A program made the translations under genes and the position numbers. A stretch of 64,000 nt of DNA from Bacilli bacterium (GTDB lineage: Bacteria > Bacillota_I > Bacilli_A > RFN20 > CAG-826), in assembly GCA_024408565.1 (NCBI GenBank), contig JAKSUW010000002.1:31993-95992 (forward strand), in the 5' to 3' direction. Positions 9,415 to 19,097 of this stretch are shown here, piece by piece. The stretch's first letter is position 1; each line of letters opens with the position of its first letter. Under the pieces are notes generated by a model that was not told the DNA's origin, ran no database searches, and saw only the letters and a list, made by a program, of their open reading frames with translations.

Positions 9415-11037
9415 ATGGCGATTGAACAAACAATTAAAATAAAAATTAGTGAAGCCTTAAAGCATCTCGATATTCAAATCGATATCAACCAAATTAATAT
9501 TGATCATTCAAAAGACCCCGCGCATGGTGATTATGCAAGTAACATCGCTTTTAAGGTCAATAAAAACTTGGGGCCGACACCAATGGACACCGCAAAGAAG
9601 ATTATCGAACATATTGATCAATCGTTATTTAGTAAAATCGAAATTGCGCGTCCGGGTTTTATCAATTTCTTCCTTAAATCAGCGTCATTATCAAATGTAA
9701 TTGATGAGATTATTAAGCAAGATAAAAAATACGGAAAGGGAACTGACAAAAAAACTAAAATTAATATTGAATTTGTGAGCGCTAACCCAACGGGGAATCT
9801 CCATGTGGGTCACGCTCGCTGCGCGGCGTATGGCGATGCGTTAGCGCGTATCATGTCGTTCGCCGGTTATAACGTTACACGTGAATATTATGTGAATGAC
9901 GCAGGTAACCAAATTAAAAATCTGGGTGAATCCATTTATCAACGTTACATCGAACTTTTCGGTCAAAAGGCGGTGATTCCGCAAGATGGATATATGGGCG
10001 AAGATGTCAAATTACTCGCTCAAGCATTTAAGAAAAAATACGGTGATAAATTATTGGATCACTCAGAGAAAAATCTTGCTCTCATTACCCAAGAAGGCAT
10101 GATGCAAGAACTCGAAAACATCAAAAAAGATTTAAAACATTTCCGGATTGTATTCGATGTATTTTCCTTTGAGTCAACAATTAGGGCGAGCGGAGCCATT
10201 GAACAAGCGCTGAAGGAATTAGGAAAATATATTTACCAAGATGGTGAGGCGAAAATTTTAAAGACAACCACGTTCCTGGATGATAAGGATCGGCCAATTG
10301 TAAAAAGCAATGGTGATTATACCTATTTCTTGCCAGATATCGCATATCACTACAATAAAATGAGCCGTGGTTTTGACCAATTAATCGACGTTTTAGGCGC
10401 CGATCACCATGGTTATATTAATCGGATGAAGAGCGCCTTAATGATGAAAGGTTACGCAGCTAACACCTTAGATGTTCCACTTATTCAAGTGGTGCGTTTA
10501 ATGGATAATGGACAAGAAGTGAAGATGAGTAAGCGAACGGGTAATGCAATTACTTTAAAAGAATTATGTGATGAAGTCGGCGTCGATGCCGTACGGTATT
10601 TCTTTGTGGCAAGAAGCAACACTTCACACTTAGATTTTGATTATGCATTAGCGAAATCGAAGAGCAATGATAATCCAGTTTATTACGCTCAATACGCTCA
10701 CGCTCGTTTGTCGAATGTTTTAGCGATGGCAAAGAATTACCAAATTGATCAAACTGGTGCATTATTAAAAGAGCCATCGGAAATTAATCTACTTAAGGCA
10801 CTACAAGAATTCCCAGTGGTAGTCGAGACAACTGCGAAGAGTAAAGAAGTTCATAAGATGGCGTTATATGTTCATAACCTAGCGACTTTAATTCATAGTT
10901 TCTATAATTCTTGTCGCGTGATTGATGAAAAAGAATTACCGCTTACTTCTGCACGGCTTGGTTTAGTCTTAGCGAGTAAGATTGTTTTACGAAACGCGCT
11001 TGATTTAATTGGGGTTAGTGCCCCTGAAAAAATGTAG
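9415..11037 (+). CDS. argS: Arginyl-tRNA synthetase
   Basis: Class I HIGH region ANPTGNLHVGHAR, KMSKRTGN (KMSKS), anticodon-binding C-terminal domain, 540 aa. Confidence 0.95.
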   Translation: MAIEQTIKIKISEALKHLDIQIDINQINIDHSKDPAHGDYASNIAFKVNKNLGPTPMDTAKKIIEHIDQSLFSKIEIARPGFINFFLKSASLSNVIDEIIKQDKKYGKGTDKKTKINIEFVSANPTGNLHVGHARCAAYGDALARIMSFAGYNVTREYYVNDAGNQIKNLGESIYQRYIELFGQKAVIPQDGYMGEDVKLLAQAFKKKYGDKLLDHSEKNLALITQEGMMQELENIKKDLKHFRIVFDVFSFESTIRASGAIEQALKELGKYIYQDGEAKILKTTTFLDDKDRPIVKSNGDYTYFLPDIAYHYNKMSRGFDQLIDVLGADHHGYINRMKSALMMKGYAANTLDVPLIQVVRLMDNGQEVKMSKRTGNAITLKELCDEVGVDAVRYFFVARSNTSHLDFDYALAKSKSNDNPVYYAQYAHARLSNVLAMAKNYQIDQTGALLKEPSEINLLKALQEFPVVVETTAKSKEVHKMALYVHNLATLIHSFYNSCRVIDEKELPLTSARLGLVLASKIVLRNALDLIGVSAPEKM

Positions 11038-11113
11038 GTAATAGTTTGTAAAACTATTGACAAGTTAAATTTTATAGGTAATCTATTAAAGCGAAAGAAG
11101 ATAAGGAGGCACT

Positions 11114-11470
11114 ATGGCAACGAATAAATCGATGATTGACATTGCTTATGATGCGATGCAAGAAAAGAAGACAATTACTTTTTCGGTTCTTTGGAATACA
11201 ATTGCGAAGAAACTAAATTTAACCGATGAAGAAAAAGAAAAGAAAGTTGCTGCATTTTATACACAACTTTCACTTGATGGTCGTTTTGTCGCATTAGGTA
11301 ATAATAAATGGAGTCTACGCGATCGTTTACCATATGACAAGATTCACGTTGATTTAAGTGATATCTATAACGATATGGAAGAAGAAAGCGAAGACGAAGA
11401 AGACGAGGAAGCCGAGGGCGGCGAGGCTCAAGAAAAGAAAGAAAACGCCGCGAACGAAGAAGCTGCTTAA
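11114..11470 (+). CDS. rpoE: RNA polymerase delta subunit
   Basis: HARE-HTH N-domain FYTQLSLDGRFVALGNNKWSLRDRLPYD (cf. B. subtilis [28 protein letters not shown]) plus an acidic E/D-rich tail. RBS AAGGAGG. Confidence 0.8.
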   Translation: MATNKSMIDIAYDAMQEKKTITFSVLWNTIAKKLNLTDEEKEKKVAAFYTQLSLDGRFVALGNNKWSLRDRLPYDKIHVDLSDIYNDMEEESEDEEDEEAEGGEAQEKKENAANEEAA

Positions 11471-11487
11471 CATAAGGAGGATATATT

Positions 11488-12384
11488 ATGTTTAGAAAAT
11501 TAAAAAATCATTTTGCTGGGATTCCTAGCAATCTCGTGAGCATGAAGGAGATGCTCATTAAAGCGCGTAACGAGCACTACGCGGTTGGTCAATTCAATAT
11601 CAATAACGTTGAATGGGTCGGTGCCATCTTAGATAAGTGTCAAGAATTAAAGGCCCCAGTCATTTTAGGCGTCTCTGAAGGCGCGATGAAATATATGGGT
11701 GGCTGGAACACAGTCGTTGGCATTTGCCGCGGCTACATCAAAGACAAACACATTACGGTTCCAGTGGCAATCCATCTTGACCATGGTTCGTCATTTGAAG
11801 CATGCAAAGCTGCGATTGATGCAGGCTTTACTAGTGTCATGATCGATGCGAGCAAAAAACCGCTTGAAGAAAACATCAAAATTGTGAAGAGCGTGGTTGA
11901 TTACGCCCATAAGTTTGGTGTGAGCGTGGAAGCGGAACTTGGTCACGTCGGTGGTCAAGAAGATAACGTGGCGAGCCAAGGTGTTTTATACGCCGATCCC
12001 GCCGAATGCGTGAAGCTTGTCGATGCGACTGGCGTTGATTGCTTAGCACCCGCTTTAGGTAGTGTCCATGGTCCATATCATGGTGAACCAAAACTCGGTT
12101 TTGATGAAATGGCGCATATTAATAAATTATGTAATATTCCATTAGTGTTACACGGTGGTTCAGGTATTCCTAACGAGCAACTTCGCAAGGCGATTGATCG
12201 TGGGACAGCCAAAATTAACGTGAACACTGAGTGTCAACAAGAATGGACAAAGATTGTCCGTGATGTCATCGCGAAAGACGCGAAAGTTTATGATCCACGG
12301 AAGATTATTGGTCCAGGTAAAAAAGGAATTGCCGACGTTGTCGTTGCCAAATGCAGCGTCTTTGGTTGCAATAACAAAGCGTAA
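11488..12384 (+). CDS. fba: Fructose-bisphosphate aldolase, class II
   Basis: Class II FBA motifs (VILGVSEGA..., AIHLDHG, LHGGSG), 298 aa. Confidence 0.9.
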   Translation: MFRKLKNHFAGIPSNLVSMKEMLIKARNEHYAVGQFNINNVEWVGAILDKCQELKAPVILGVSEGAMKYMGGWNTVVGICRGYIKDKHITVPVAIHLDHGSSFEACKAAIDAGFTSVMIDASKKPLEENIKIVKSVVDYAHKFGVSVEAELGHVGGQEDNVASQGVLYADPAECVKLVDATGVDCLAPALGSVHGPYHGEPKLGFDEMAHINKLCNIPLVLHGGSGIPNEQLRKAIDRGTAKINVNTECQQEWTKIVRDVIAKDAKVYDPRKIIGPGKKGIADVVVAKCSVFGCNNKA

Positions 12385-12386
12385 GG

Positions 12387-13166
12387 ATGTGGGAGAAGGA
12401 GCTAGCGGCGGCTATTAACGCTGGCGAGCTTGCTAAGCGAATCGTTTTGCAAGTATATAAAAGCCCCTTCCACGTTACTTATAAGAAAGATAAATCTCCC
12501 GTTACAGAAGCAGATAAAAAGAGCGATGCGGTAATCCGGAAATACTTACACGAGAAATTTCCGACGCACGCTTTTTTAACTGAAGAAAGTGTTGATGACC
12601 CCTCGCGGTTTAAAAACGACTATGTGTGGGTAATTGATCCACTCGATGGCACTTGTGACTTCGTGGATAAAAACGATGAATTCACGATTAACATCGCTTT
12701 AGTTTATAAACATAAAGTAGTGGTGGGCGTTGTAGTAGTGCCCGTCACTAATGAAATTTATTATGCAAGTGATCACGGTGGTGCTTTCTATTCCATTAAT
12801 GGCACTGTCCGAGAAATTCACGTGAACCGGAAACAGAAAGATCTCAAAATAATGATTTCGCGTTCGCATCATGGTAAACCGGAAGAGGCCATGATTAAGA
12901 AATATGGCAAATTAATTAAAACGCGACAAGAAGTCGGTGCAGCCATTAAAGCGTGTATCATCGCGAAAGGCCAAGCGGAATTATCACTCCGTCTTGACGA
13001 CGGAACGAAAGAATGGGACACTGCCGCTGCCCAAATTATTGTTAAAGAGGCGGACGGTCTATTTGTGCTTCCAAACACCCATCAATGGATGACTTATAAC
13101 CGAAAAGACGTAGTTAATCGCGATGGTTATATTATCGCTAACCGTCGGTCAAATATTTTAAAGTAA
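12387..13166 (+). CDS. Inositol monophosphatase family protein (SuhB/CysQ-like)
   Basis: FLTEES...WVIDPLDGT metal-binding motif, 259 aa. Confidence 0.7.
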   Translation: MWEKELAAAINAGELAKRIVLQVYKSPFHVTYKKDKSPVTEADKKSDAVIRKYLHEKFPTHAFLTEESVDDPSRFKNDYVWVIDPLDGTCDFVDKNDEFTINIALVYKHKVVVGVVVVPVTNEIYYASDHGGAFYSINGTVREIHVNRKQKDLKIMISRSHHGKPEEAMIKKYGKLIKTRQEVGAAIKACIIAKGQAELSLRLDDGTKEWDTAAAQIIVKEADGLFVLPNTHQWMTYNRKDVVNRDGYIIANRRSNILK

Positions 13167-13541
13167 TTATTTATTAAGTTTTTCCAATACTTTGAGTGTT
13201 TCGTTACTGATAACGTGTTCGATTAAGCAACAATCGCGTTCAGCAGTTTTTGGACTAACACCGATATCAATGAGTGATTGACGGATAATGATGTGGCGGT
13301 GATAGATTTTTTTCGCCGCTTCACGCCCCGCTTTAGTCAAAACCACATCTTCGTAACGAGATTTTTCAACGTATTTAAGTTTTGCTAAATCATTAAGCGC
13401 ACGAGTGACCGCGGGCTTACTGACTTTTAAGAAACGTGCGATGTTAATCGAGTGGAGAGCTTTTTTCTTTAATTCCAAAATTAAAATTGCTTCCAAATAA
13501 TCTTCTAAAGATTTAGTAATCTTTTTCATCATCTTTATCAT
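13167..13541 (-). CDS. DtxR/MntR-family metal-dependent transcriptional regulator
   Basis: LEDYLEAI...INIARFLKVSKPAVTRALNDLAKLKYV...VVLTKAGREAAKKIYHRH matches the DtxR-family HTH and dimerisation region. Divergent from feoAB. Confidence 0.8.
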   Translation of the reverse strand: MIKMMKKITKSLEDYLEAILILELKKKALHSINIARFLKVSKPAVTRALNDLAKLKYVEKSRYEDVVLTKAGREAAKKIYHRHIIIRQSLIDIGVSPKTAERDCCLIEHVISNETLKVLEKLNK

Positions 13542-13570
13542 ACATTATTTTATTTTTGATTGCATTTTAG

Positions 13571-13598
13571 TTGACACAACGCGCATTATTATTAGAAT
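13571..13598 (+). promoter_or_regulatory. Putative sigma-A promoter for feoA-feoB (TTGACA-16-TAGAAT)
   Basis: Hexamers read directly in the 85-nt divergent intergenic region. Confidence 0.4.
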
Positions 13599-13605
13599 AT
13601 TAAAT

Positions 13606-13621
13606 GTTAACGTTGGTTAAC
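13606..13621 (+). promoter_or_regulatory. Dyad GTTAAC-gttg-GTTAAC between promoter and feoA start; candidate operator for the adjacent DtxR-family regulator
   Basis: Two palindromic hexamers 10 bp apart (one helical turn), overlapping the RBS region 6 nt before ATG 13627. Confidence 0.3.
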
Positions 13622-13626
13622 TTTTT

Positions 13627-13896
13627 ATGAAAAAACAGAAGAAATTATTACTGCGTAGCGGGCAAGATGGTCATTTATCTGATCTACGTCGGGGACAAAA
13701 ATGTGTTGTCCTAAATTTTCATAATGATAACGCCGCGCTCCGTCGCCGTTTACTAGACATGGGCATTACGCGCGGGGTAGTAATTGAAATTAAAAAGATT
13801 GCACCTTTGGGTGATCCAGTCGATATATCATTACGCGGTTATGAACTATGTATTCGGAAAGCGGATATGGAGGGAATCGATATTCGCGTGTTATGA
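13627..13896 (+). CDS. feoA: Ferrous iron transport protein A
   Basis: FeoA SH3-like domain (LSDLRRGQKCVVLNF...GITRGVVIEIKK). ATGA overlap with feoB. Confidence 0.8.
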   Translation: MKKQKKLLLRSGQDGHLSDLRRGQKCVVLNFHNDNAALRRRLLDMGITRGVVIEIKKIAPLGDPVDISLRGYELCIRKADMEGIDIRVL

Positions 13897-15914
13897 AAAT
13901 CGCGTTGTTAGGTAATCAAAACTCAGGCAAAACTTCCCTTTTTAACGCGTTAACTGGCTCTAACCAAAAGATTGGTAACTGGCCTGGTGTCACCATTGAC
14001 CGGATTGAAGGAAAAATTAAAAAACATGATGCGACCATCACTGATTTACCAGGAGTTTATTCATTATCACCATACACAAGTGAAGAAGCTATTTCGCGTC
14101 ACTTTGTTTTGGAAGGAAAGCCTGACCTTATTATTAATATAGTAGATGTTACGAGTCTAGAACGGAGTCTTTATCTTACCACTCAATTACTCGAACTTAA
14201 TACGGATGTTATCGTAGTGGTGAATATGATCGACCTCCTTGAAAAGAAAGGGATTAAGATTAATCTTAAAGGTCTATCGGAAGCGATGGGTGTCACAATG
14301 GTACCGGTTTCGGCCAAAACAGGTGATGGTATCGACCGTTTATTAAACATAATCTTCCGTCATAAATATAAAAAGAATAAACACCAAAAGATTTATCCAT
14401 ATGATGTTGAGACATTTATTCAAAACGTCATGATGGCACAGAAGTGCGATCGTTTTGCAGCGGTAAAAGTTTTAGAAGAAGACTTGGAATTTAGAGTCCT
14501 TATGAACGAAGAAACAAAAAAAGCGCATACGGATATTGAAAATAAATATCGGATGGATGGTGAACAATTAGTCGCATCACTACGTTATGAATATATTGAA
14601 AAATTAAAGAAAGACTTTGTACAAATCAAACGCCGGAAGATAACCAAGAGTGACCGTGCGGACAGCATTTTCCTACATAAAATTTGGGCCATTCCAATTT
14701 TTATTGTCATGATGATGGGCGTATATTTTTTGTCCATCGCGGTCGTCGGTGGACTTACTTCTAACTTAATTTCTGCAGCTTTTAACGGTGCAAAAACACT
14801 CGAACTAGACTTTATCTTTACTAAGGTCATCTTTGATCATCCGGTGGCTGGTTTAGGGCCATTGCTTGGCAATTGGTTAAAGAGTGTCGGCGCATCACCT
14901 TGGTCCGTTTCGTTGGTGGTTAATGGTATTGTGGGTGGCGTAAGTGCGGTGGTATGTTTTGTGCCGCAGCTAATGATGCTCTTTTTGTGTTTAGGCATTC
15001 TTGAGACAACCGGTTATATGTCGCGGATTGCTTTCTTCTTAGACCGGATTTTCCATAAGTTTGGTTTATCAGGAAAATCACTTATTCCCTTCATCGTGGG
15101 CGCGGGTTGTAGTGTACCGGGCGTTATGAGCACACGGATTATTGAAGATCCAAACGAAAAGAAAGCCACAATTGCTTTAGTGCCGTTTGTGCCTTGTAAC
15201 GCTAAGTTACCAATCATTTCATTAATTTGCTCTGTTTTCTTTGGCGGTTACGCTTTCTTATTTGCCTTACTCTTCTACTTCATGGCCATTATTTTAATTT
15301 TAGGTAGTGCGATTGTTTTAAAGAAGATTTTAAAACGGAAGGAACATTCGACCTTTATTAGTGAATTGCCTAGTTATAAGGCTCCTGATTTCCTTTATAT
15401 TGGTCGCGATGTGGGAGATAAAACAGCTGCTTTCTTTAGACGAGCGGGAACAGTGGTTGTCTTTTTCTCAGTAATTGTGTGCATCCTTACTTCTTTCACT
15501 TGGGATTTTAAATATGTTGATAATGTTTCAATCACAGTCAACCAATCAATGCTAGCGGGTATTGGTAATGCCTTTTCGTGGTTCTTTTATCCAATGCTTG
15601 GTGGACACGGCGGAGAATGGATGTGGGTAGCAAGTGTCTCAAGTATTCAAGGCTTAGTGGCCAAAGAACAAGTCATCTCATCTTTGAGGGTTATCGAAGC
15701 AGCGGGTGGTCCATCAATCCAACAACTATTCACTCCACTTGGTGCGTTTGCTTACGCTACCTTTAACCTATTTTCAATCCCGTGTGTTGGTACTATCAGT
15801 ACAATCCATGGCGAATTAAGATCGTGGAAGAAGACTGGACTTATTATGCTATGCGAAATTGTCGTTGCTTGGCTCTTAGCTAGTTTTATTGGTATTTGGG
15901 GAGCGTTATTATGA
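13893..15914 (+). CDS. feoB: Ferrous iron transporter B
   Basis: N-terminal G domain MKIALLGNQNSGKTSLFNALTG, DLPG, NMID, then a polytopic gate domain. Start placed at the internal MKIAL of the track ORF. Confidence 0.9.
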   Translation: MKIALLGNQNSGKTSLFNALTGSNQKIGNWPGVTIDRIEGKIKKHDATITDLPGVYSLSPYTSEEAISRHFVLEGKPDLIINIVDVTSLERSLYLTTQLLELNTDVIVVVNMIDLLEKKGIKINLKGLSEAMGVTMVPVSAKTGDGIDRLLNIIFRHKYKKNKHQKIYPYDVETFIQNVMMAQKCDRFAAVKVLEEDLEFRVLMNEETKKAHTDIENKYRMDGEQLVASLRYEYIEKLKKDFVQIKRRKITKSDRADSIFLHKIWAIPIFIVMMMGVYFLSIAVVGGLTSNLISAAFNGAKTLELDFIFTKVIFDHPVAGLGPLLGNWLKSVGASPWSVSLVVNGIVGGVSAVVCFVPQLMMLFLCLGILETTGYMSRIAFFLDRIFHKFGLSGKSLIPFIVGAGCSVPGVMSTRIIEDPNEKKATIALVPFVPCNAKLPIISLICSVFFGGYAFLFALLFYFMAIILILGSAIVLKKILKRKEHSTFISELPSYKAPDFLYIGRDVGDKTAAFFRRAGTVVVFFSVIVCILTSFTWDFKYVDNVSITVNQSMLAGIGNAFSWFFYPMLGGHGGEWMWVASVSSIQGLVAKEQVISSLRVIEAAGGPSIQQLFTPLGAFAYATFNLFSIPCVGTISTIHGELRSWKKTGLIMLCEIVVAWLLASFIGIWGALL

Positions 15915-16096
15915 GCATTGCCGACATCATTATTCTTATAATCATCATAATCATTCTGCTTTCTATTATCTTTTTCACACAAGTTTATCCGCGTCTTAAA
16001 GGTCGCCATGGTGCATGTGTTAATTGTCCCATCGGAAAAGAGAAAAAAATTAAGCGGGCGTTAAAGGCTTATCGAAAAAAGAATCATAAAGATTAG
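15911..16096 (+). CDS. FeoB-associated Cys-rich small membrane protein (FeoC-like of Firmicutes)
   Basis: 61 aa: one I/L-rich TM helix followed by CVNCPIGKEKK. ATGA overlap with the feoB stop. Confidence 0.5.
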   Translation: MSIADIIILIIIIIILLSIIFFTQVYPRLKGRHGACVNCPIGKEKKIKRALKAYRKKNHKD

Positions 16097-17733
16097 CGTG
16101 TATTATTGACGTGAAATCTTTCTTTTGGGAAACCAGTAGATGTATGCACGTCAATGCGTACAAGTTCAGCGTTATCGTAGTCGTCTTGTTCTAAACGATG
16201 GTCAATTGATTTTACATTGGAAAAATATAGATTACCTATTTCGCTATCAGCAACATCTTCGCTAGTAAAAACTGAAACAATTTTCTTGGTATTAAACTTG
16301 GCGGTGATATTGTTAAAATGGATGTCATCGATAGTGCCAGCACTCTTATGACCGGCATAGTCTCTTATGTTAATGTTACAAATGGCGGGGTTATTACTAT
16401 AATAAATTTCCATGTTATTAAAATGGATATCGGAAAAGGTAGAAGGAGCGCTACCCATACTGATTTCGCAACTGCCAAGATGATCTGACCATTCACCCAT
16501 TGCAAAACCCACTGAGTTATCAACAAAGTGGACGTTTTTAATATCTTTAACACTTTCATAGATGCAACCATACGCGTTCGCTTTATCAGTCCACACTGTG
16601 TTATAACGATACAAAAGATTATCAGCGCCTTCGCCAACATCGTTAGTGGATTTAGCTTCGATTGCATCATCGCCAGTATGGACAAAATTATGTTCCACTA
16701 ATGAATCACGACAATTAGATAACATGATGCCATCAGAATACATCCGGTAACCTAGTAAAAGACAATGATCGACATAAACGTTATCACAATCCGTAAAACA
16801 TAGTGTCCACGTATGAGAATTAATTGTAATTAATCCGCTGATATTGATGCCGCCTTTATGTGAATAATCAAAAGACATCGGATTTTTGATTTTTTCATCG
16901 CCGCCCATACATTGTGAAAAATCGATTAATCCATGGCCACAAATTTTACCGTTTTCGCCATTAAAATAAATTAACGGATCGTCCTTTCTATCACCAATTG
17001 CTGGATCATCATCATAAACCATCGCGGTAAAACCGGGTTCAAAATAGATAACGCTGTTACTTGGTAAAACAATTTTGGTTAATTTGTAGTGGCCAGCTTT
17101 GAAATAATAGACGGTATGTGTATCTTTAAACGCTAATTCTTCGCCAAAATAGGTGCCGGGTTGAATAGTTTGCGTTTTATAACCATCGGGTACGACTAAA
17201 GGAGTATAAGGCGCAACGAATAAAGTAAATCCTTTATCCGGCTCTTCATCAAAAGCAAAACTATAATCGCCATATTTAGTGATAGTCGCTTTCACTATTC
17301 CAGTGTTTGGATTAAAAGTTGGTATGACTCCACTTTTTTCTGGCAGCACAACGACACTTTTTTTATCTTTGGTTAATAATTCTAGTTCTACGTCTAATCG
17401 CGATGATTCTAAGTTTTCGACATCAACATACGCGAAAGAGTGAAGATTAGATTCACATAAGGCAGTATAGGTTTCGATTTTTTGCCCGTTAATTTTTAAT
17501 GTATGATATTTATCTTTTACATAACCATAGTCGCGGCGTCCGTTATAATGCTCACCCGGTCTAATATCACGACTAGCATAAAAATCATCAAACTCCTCTA
17601 AAGGAATTTCGGTGGCGTCATTAAAGACGATTGGGTGGATAGTGCATTTTTCGTTATTAGCACAATTCATGAGTAAAGGAATAGCCAATAATGGTAAGAA
17701 GAACAATCGAAGTTTTTGTGATTTCATAAACAT
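16093..17733 (-). CDS. Secreted or lipoprotein right-handed beta-helix (pectin-lyase-fold) glycoside hydrolase-like protein
   Basis: Signal peptide MFMKSQKLRLFFLPLLAIPLLMNC. Beta-helix-type motifs CGHGLIDFS, YSDGIML, TGDDAIEAKS (GH28-like residues but in a different order). 546 aa. Confidence 0.45.
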   Translation of the reverse strand: MFMKSQKLRLFFLPLLAIPLLMNCANNEKCTIHPIVFNDATEIPLEEFDDFYASRDIRPGEHYNGRRDYGYVKDKYHTLKINGQKIETYTALCESNLHSFAYVDVENLESSRLDVELELLTKDKKSVVVLPEKSGVIPTFNPNTGIVKATITKYGDYSFAFDEEPDKGFTLFVAPYTPLVVPDGYKTQTIQPGTYFGEELAFKDTHTVYYFKAGHYKLTKIVLPSNSVIYFEPGFTAMVYDDDPAIGDRKDDPLIYFNGENGKICGHGLIDFSQCMGGDEKIKNPMSFDYSHKGGINISGLITINSHTWTLCFTDCDNVYVDHCLLLGYRMYSDGIMLSNCRDSLVEHNFVHTGDDAIEAKSTNDVGEGADNLLYRYNTVWTDKANAYGCIYESVKDIKNVHFVDNSVGFAMGEWSDHLGSCEISMGSAPSTFSDIHFNNMEIYYSNNPAICNINIRDYAGHKSAGTIDDIHFNNITAKFNTKKIVSVFTSEDVADSEIGNLYFSNVKSIDHRLEQDDYDNAELVRIDVHTSTGFPKERFHVNNTR

Positions 17734-17805
17734 CTGATATTGTCATTATACAATAGAATACCCAATATAATAAAAAGTCATTGTATGATATCTTCATTAA
17801 GTACT

Positions 17806-17815
17806 GTGCTAAAAT
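17806..17815 (+). promoter_or_regulatory. Extended -10 element TGcTAAAAT 7 nt upstream of ATG 17823; leaderless mRNA predicted
   Basis: No SD between the -10 and the ATG. The ATG begins a classical lipoprotein signal peptide. Confidence 0.4.
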
Positions 17816-17822
17816 GGTACGT

Positions 17823-18161
17823 ATGAAAAGAGCCTTTGTCTTAGCGTGTTTATCATTCTTAGCGCTTTTTAGTTGCGCAAGGATTAATTATTACAAATTA
17901 ACTTGTACTTGCGATGACCATTGCGATGTTATTGACGCACCAGAAACTGTCCCAGATAACAAAGATTTGATTTTAGATTTTAAATGTTATGATGATTATC
18001 AAATCGCTTGTGAAGATTGCACCATTAAAGTGGGAAATAGGGAGTTACATTGGGGCACGACATACGAATTTGATGAAGAAAAAAATCAATTATTTATCAG
18101 TTATCAATATATCGAAGGCGATATCGTTATGGATATGCACACATGTCCACCAAGCAAATAA
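17823..18161 (+). CDS. Small Cys-rich lipoprotein, hypothetical
   Basis: MKRAFVLACLSFLALFSCAR (lipobox LFSC), 8 further Cys in a ~90-aa mature part. The track ORF starts at TTG 17781, but the promoter geometry favours 17823. Confidence 0.5.
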   Translation: MKRAFVLACLSFLALFSCARINYYKLTCTCDDHCDVIDAPETVPDNKDLILDFKCYDDYQIACEDCTIKVGNRELHWGTTYEFDEEKNQLFISYQYIEGDIVMDMHTCPPSK

Positions 18162-18170
18162 TAACTATCG

Positions 18171-19097
18171 ATGAATAAAAATAAAAAACGCTTTACTCCT
18201 AAACACCGACATACACCGGTTCTTTTCACCTTCAATATTAAGGAAGAAGGTCGTTTGCTCGCGTATCTATATAGTCATATTCAAGTGATTCCTAAAGGCA
18301 AGATTAAATCGATGCTTGAACATCGACAAGTCTTAGTCAATGGAGCGCCAGTCACCCGTTATGACTATTTATTAAGCAAAGAAGATGTGGTGAAGATTAC
18401 GAAAACCGCGTTTAAAGATCATCGAGCAATGTCGTTGCCGTTCAATATCGTTTATGAAGATAAAGATTTTATTGTAGTAGATAAGCCAAGTGGTTTATTA
18501 AGTGTTGCAAGTGACCGTGAAAACAAGCGGACCGCCTACCGTTTCGTGAGTGACTATATTTATAACAAGGATAAGCACGCACGGATTTATATTGTTCACC
18601 GTTTAGATGAAGATACATCGGGCATTTTAGTGTTCGCTAAAGACGCTCATTTAAAGGACGCTTTGCAATTAGGTTGGCAAACCTTAGTGAAGAAAAGAGG
18701 ATACTATGCGATGGTCGAAGGCCATATGCGTGATCAAGCGGGAACCTTAGTGAATTATCTAAAGAAAAATAAGATTAATTTAGTGTATGTGACTGATGAT
18801 AAAGTGAATGGTAAGAAAGCCATTCTTCATTACAAAGTGATTGCTACTGATAAAAAGTATTCATTATTAAATGTTAGTCTAGAAACTGGACGACAAAATC
18901 AGATTCGTGTTCAATTAGGGCATATTGGTCATTTCGTTTTAGGTGATGATAAATATGGTGAACCAGATAATCCGATGCACCGTTTAGCGTTGCACGCTTA
19001 TTTATTGGAATTTATGCATCCAATTACGCATAAAATCATGCGGTTTAATTCACCGATGCCAAAAGAATTTAAGGCCGTGATGCCAATCAAACAGTAA
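18171..19097 (+). CDS. rluD: RluA/RluD-family 23S rRNA pseudouridine synthase with N-terminal S4 domain
   Basis: VVDKPSGLLSV...HRLDEDTSGILVFAKD catalytic motif, 308 aa. Confidence 0.75.
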   Translation: MNKNKKRFTPKHRHTPVLFTFNIKEEGRLLAYLYSHIQVIPKGKIKSMLEHRQVLVNGAPVTRYDYLLSKEDVVKITKTAFKDHRAMSLPFNIVYEDKDFIVVDKPSGLLSVASDRENKRTAYRFVSDYIYNKDKHARIYIVHRLDEDTSGILVFAKDAHLKDALQLGWQTLVKKRGYYAMVEGHMRDQAGTLVNYLKKNKINLVYVTDDKVNGKKAILHYKVIATDKKYSLLNVSLETGRQNQIRVQLGHIGHFVLGDDKYGEPDNPMHRLALHAYLLEFMHPITHKIMRFNSPMPKEFKAVMPIKQ

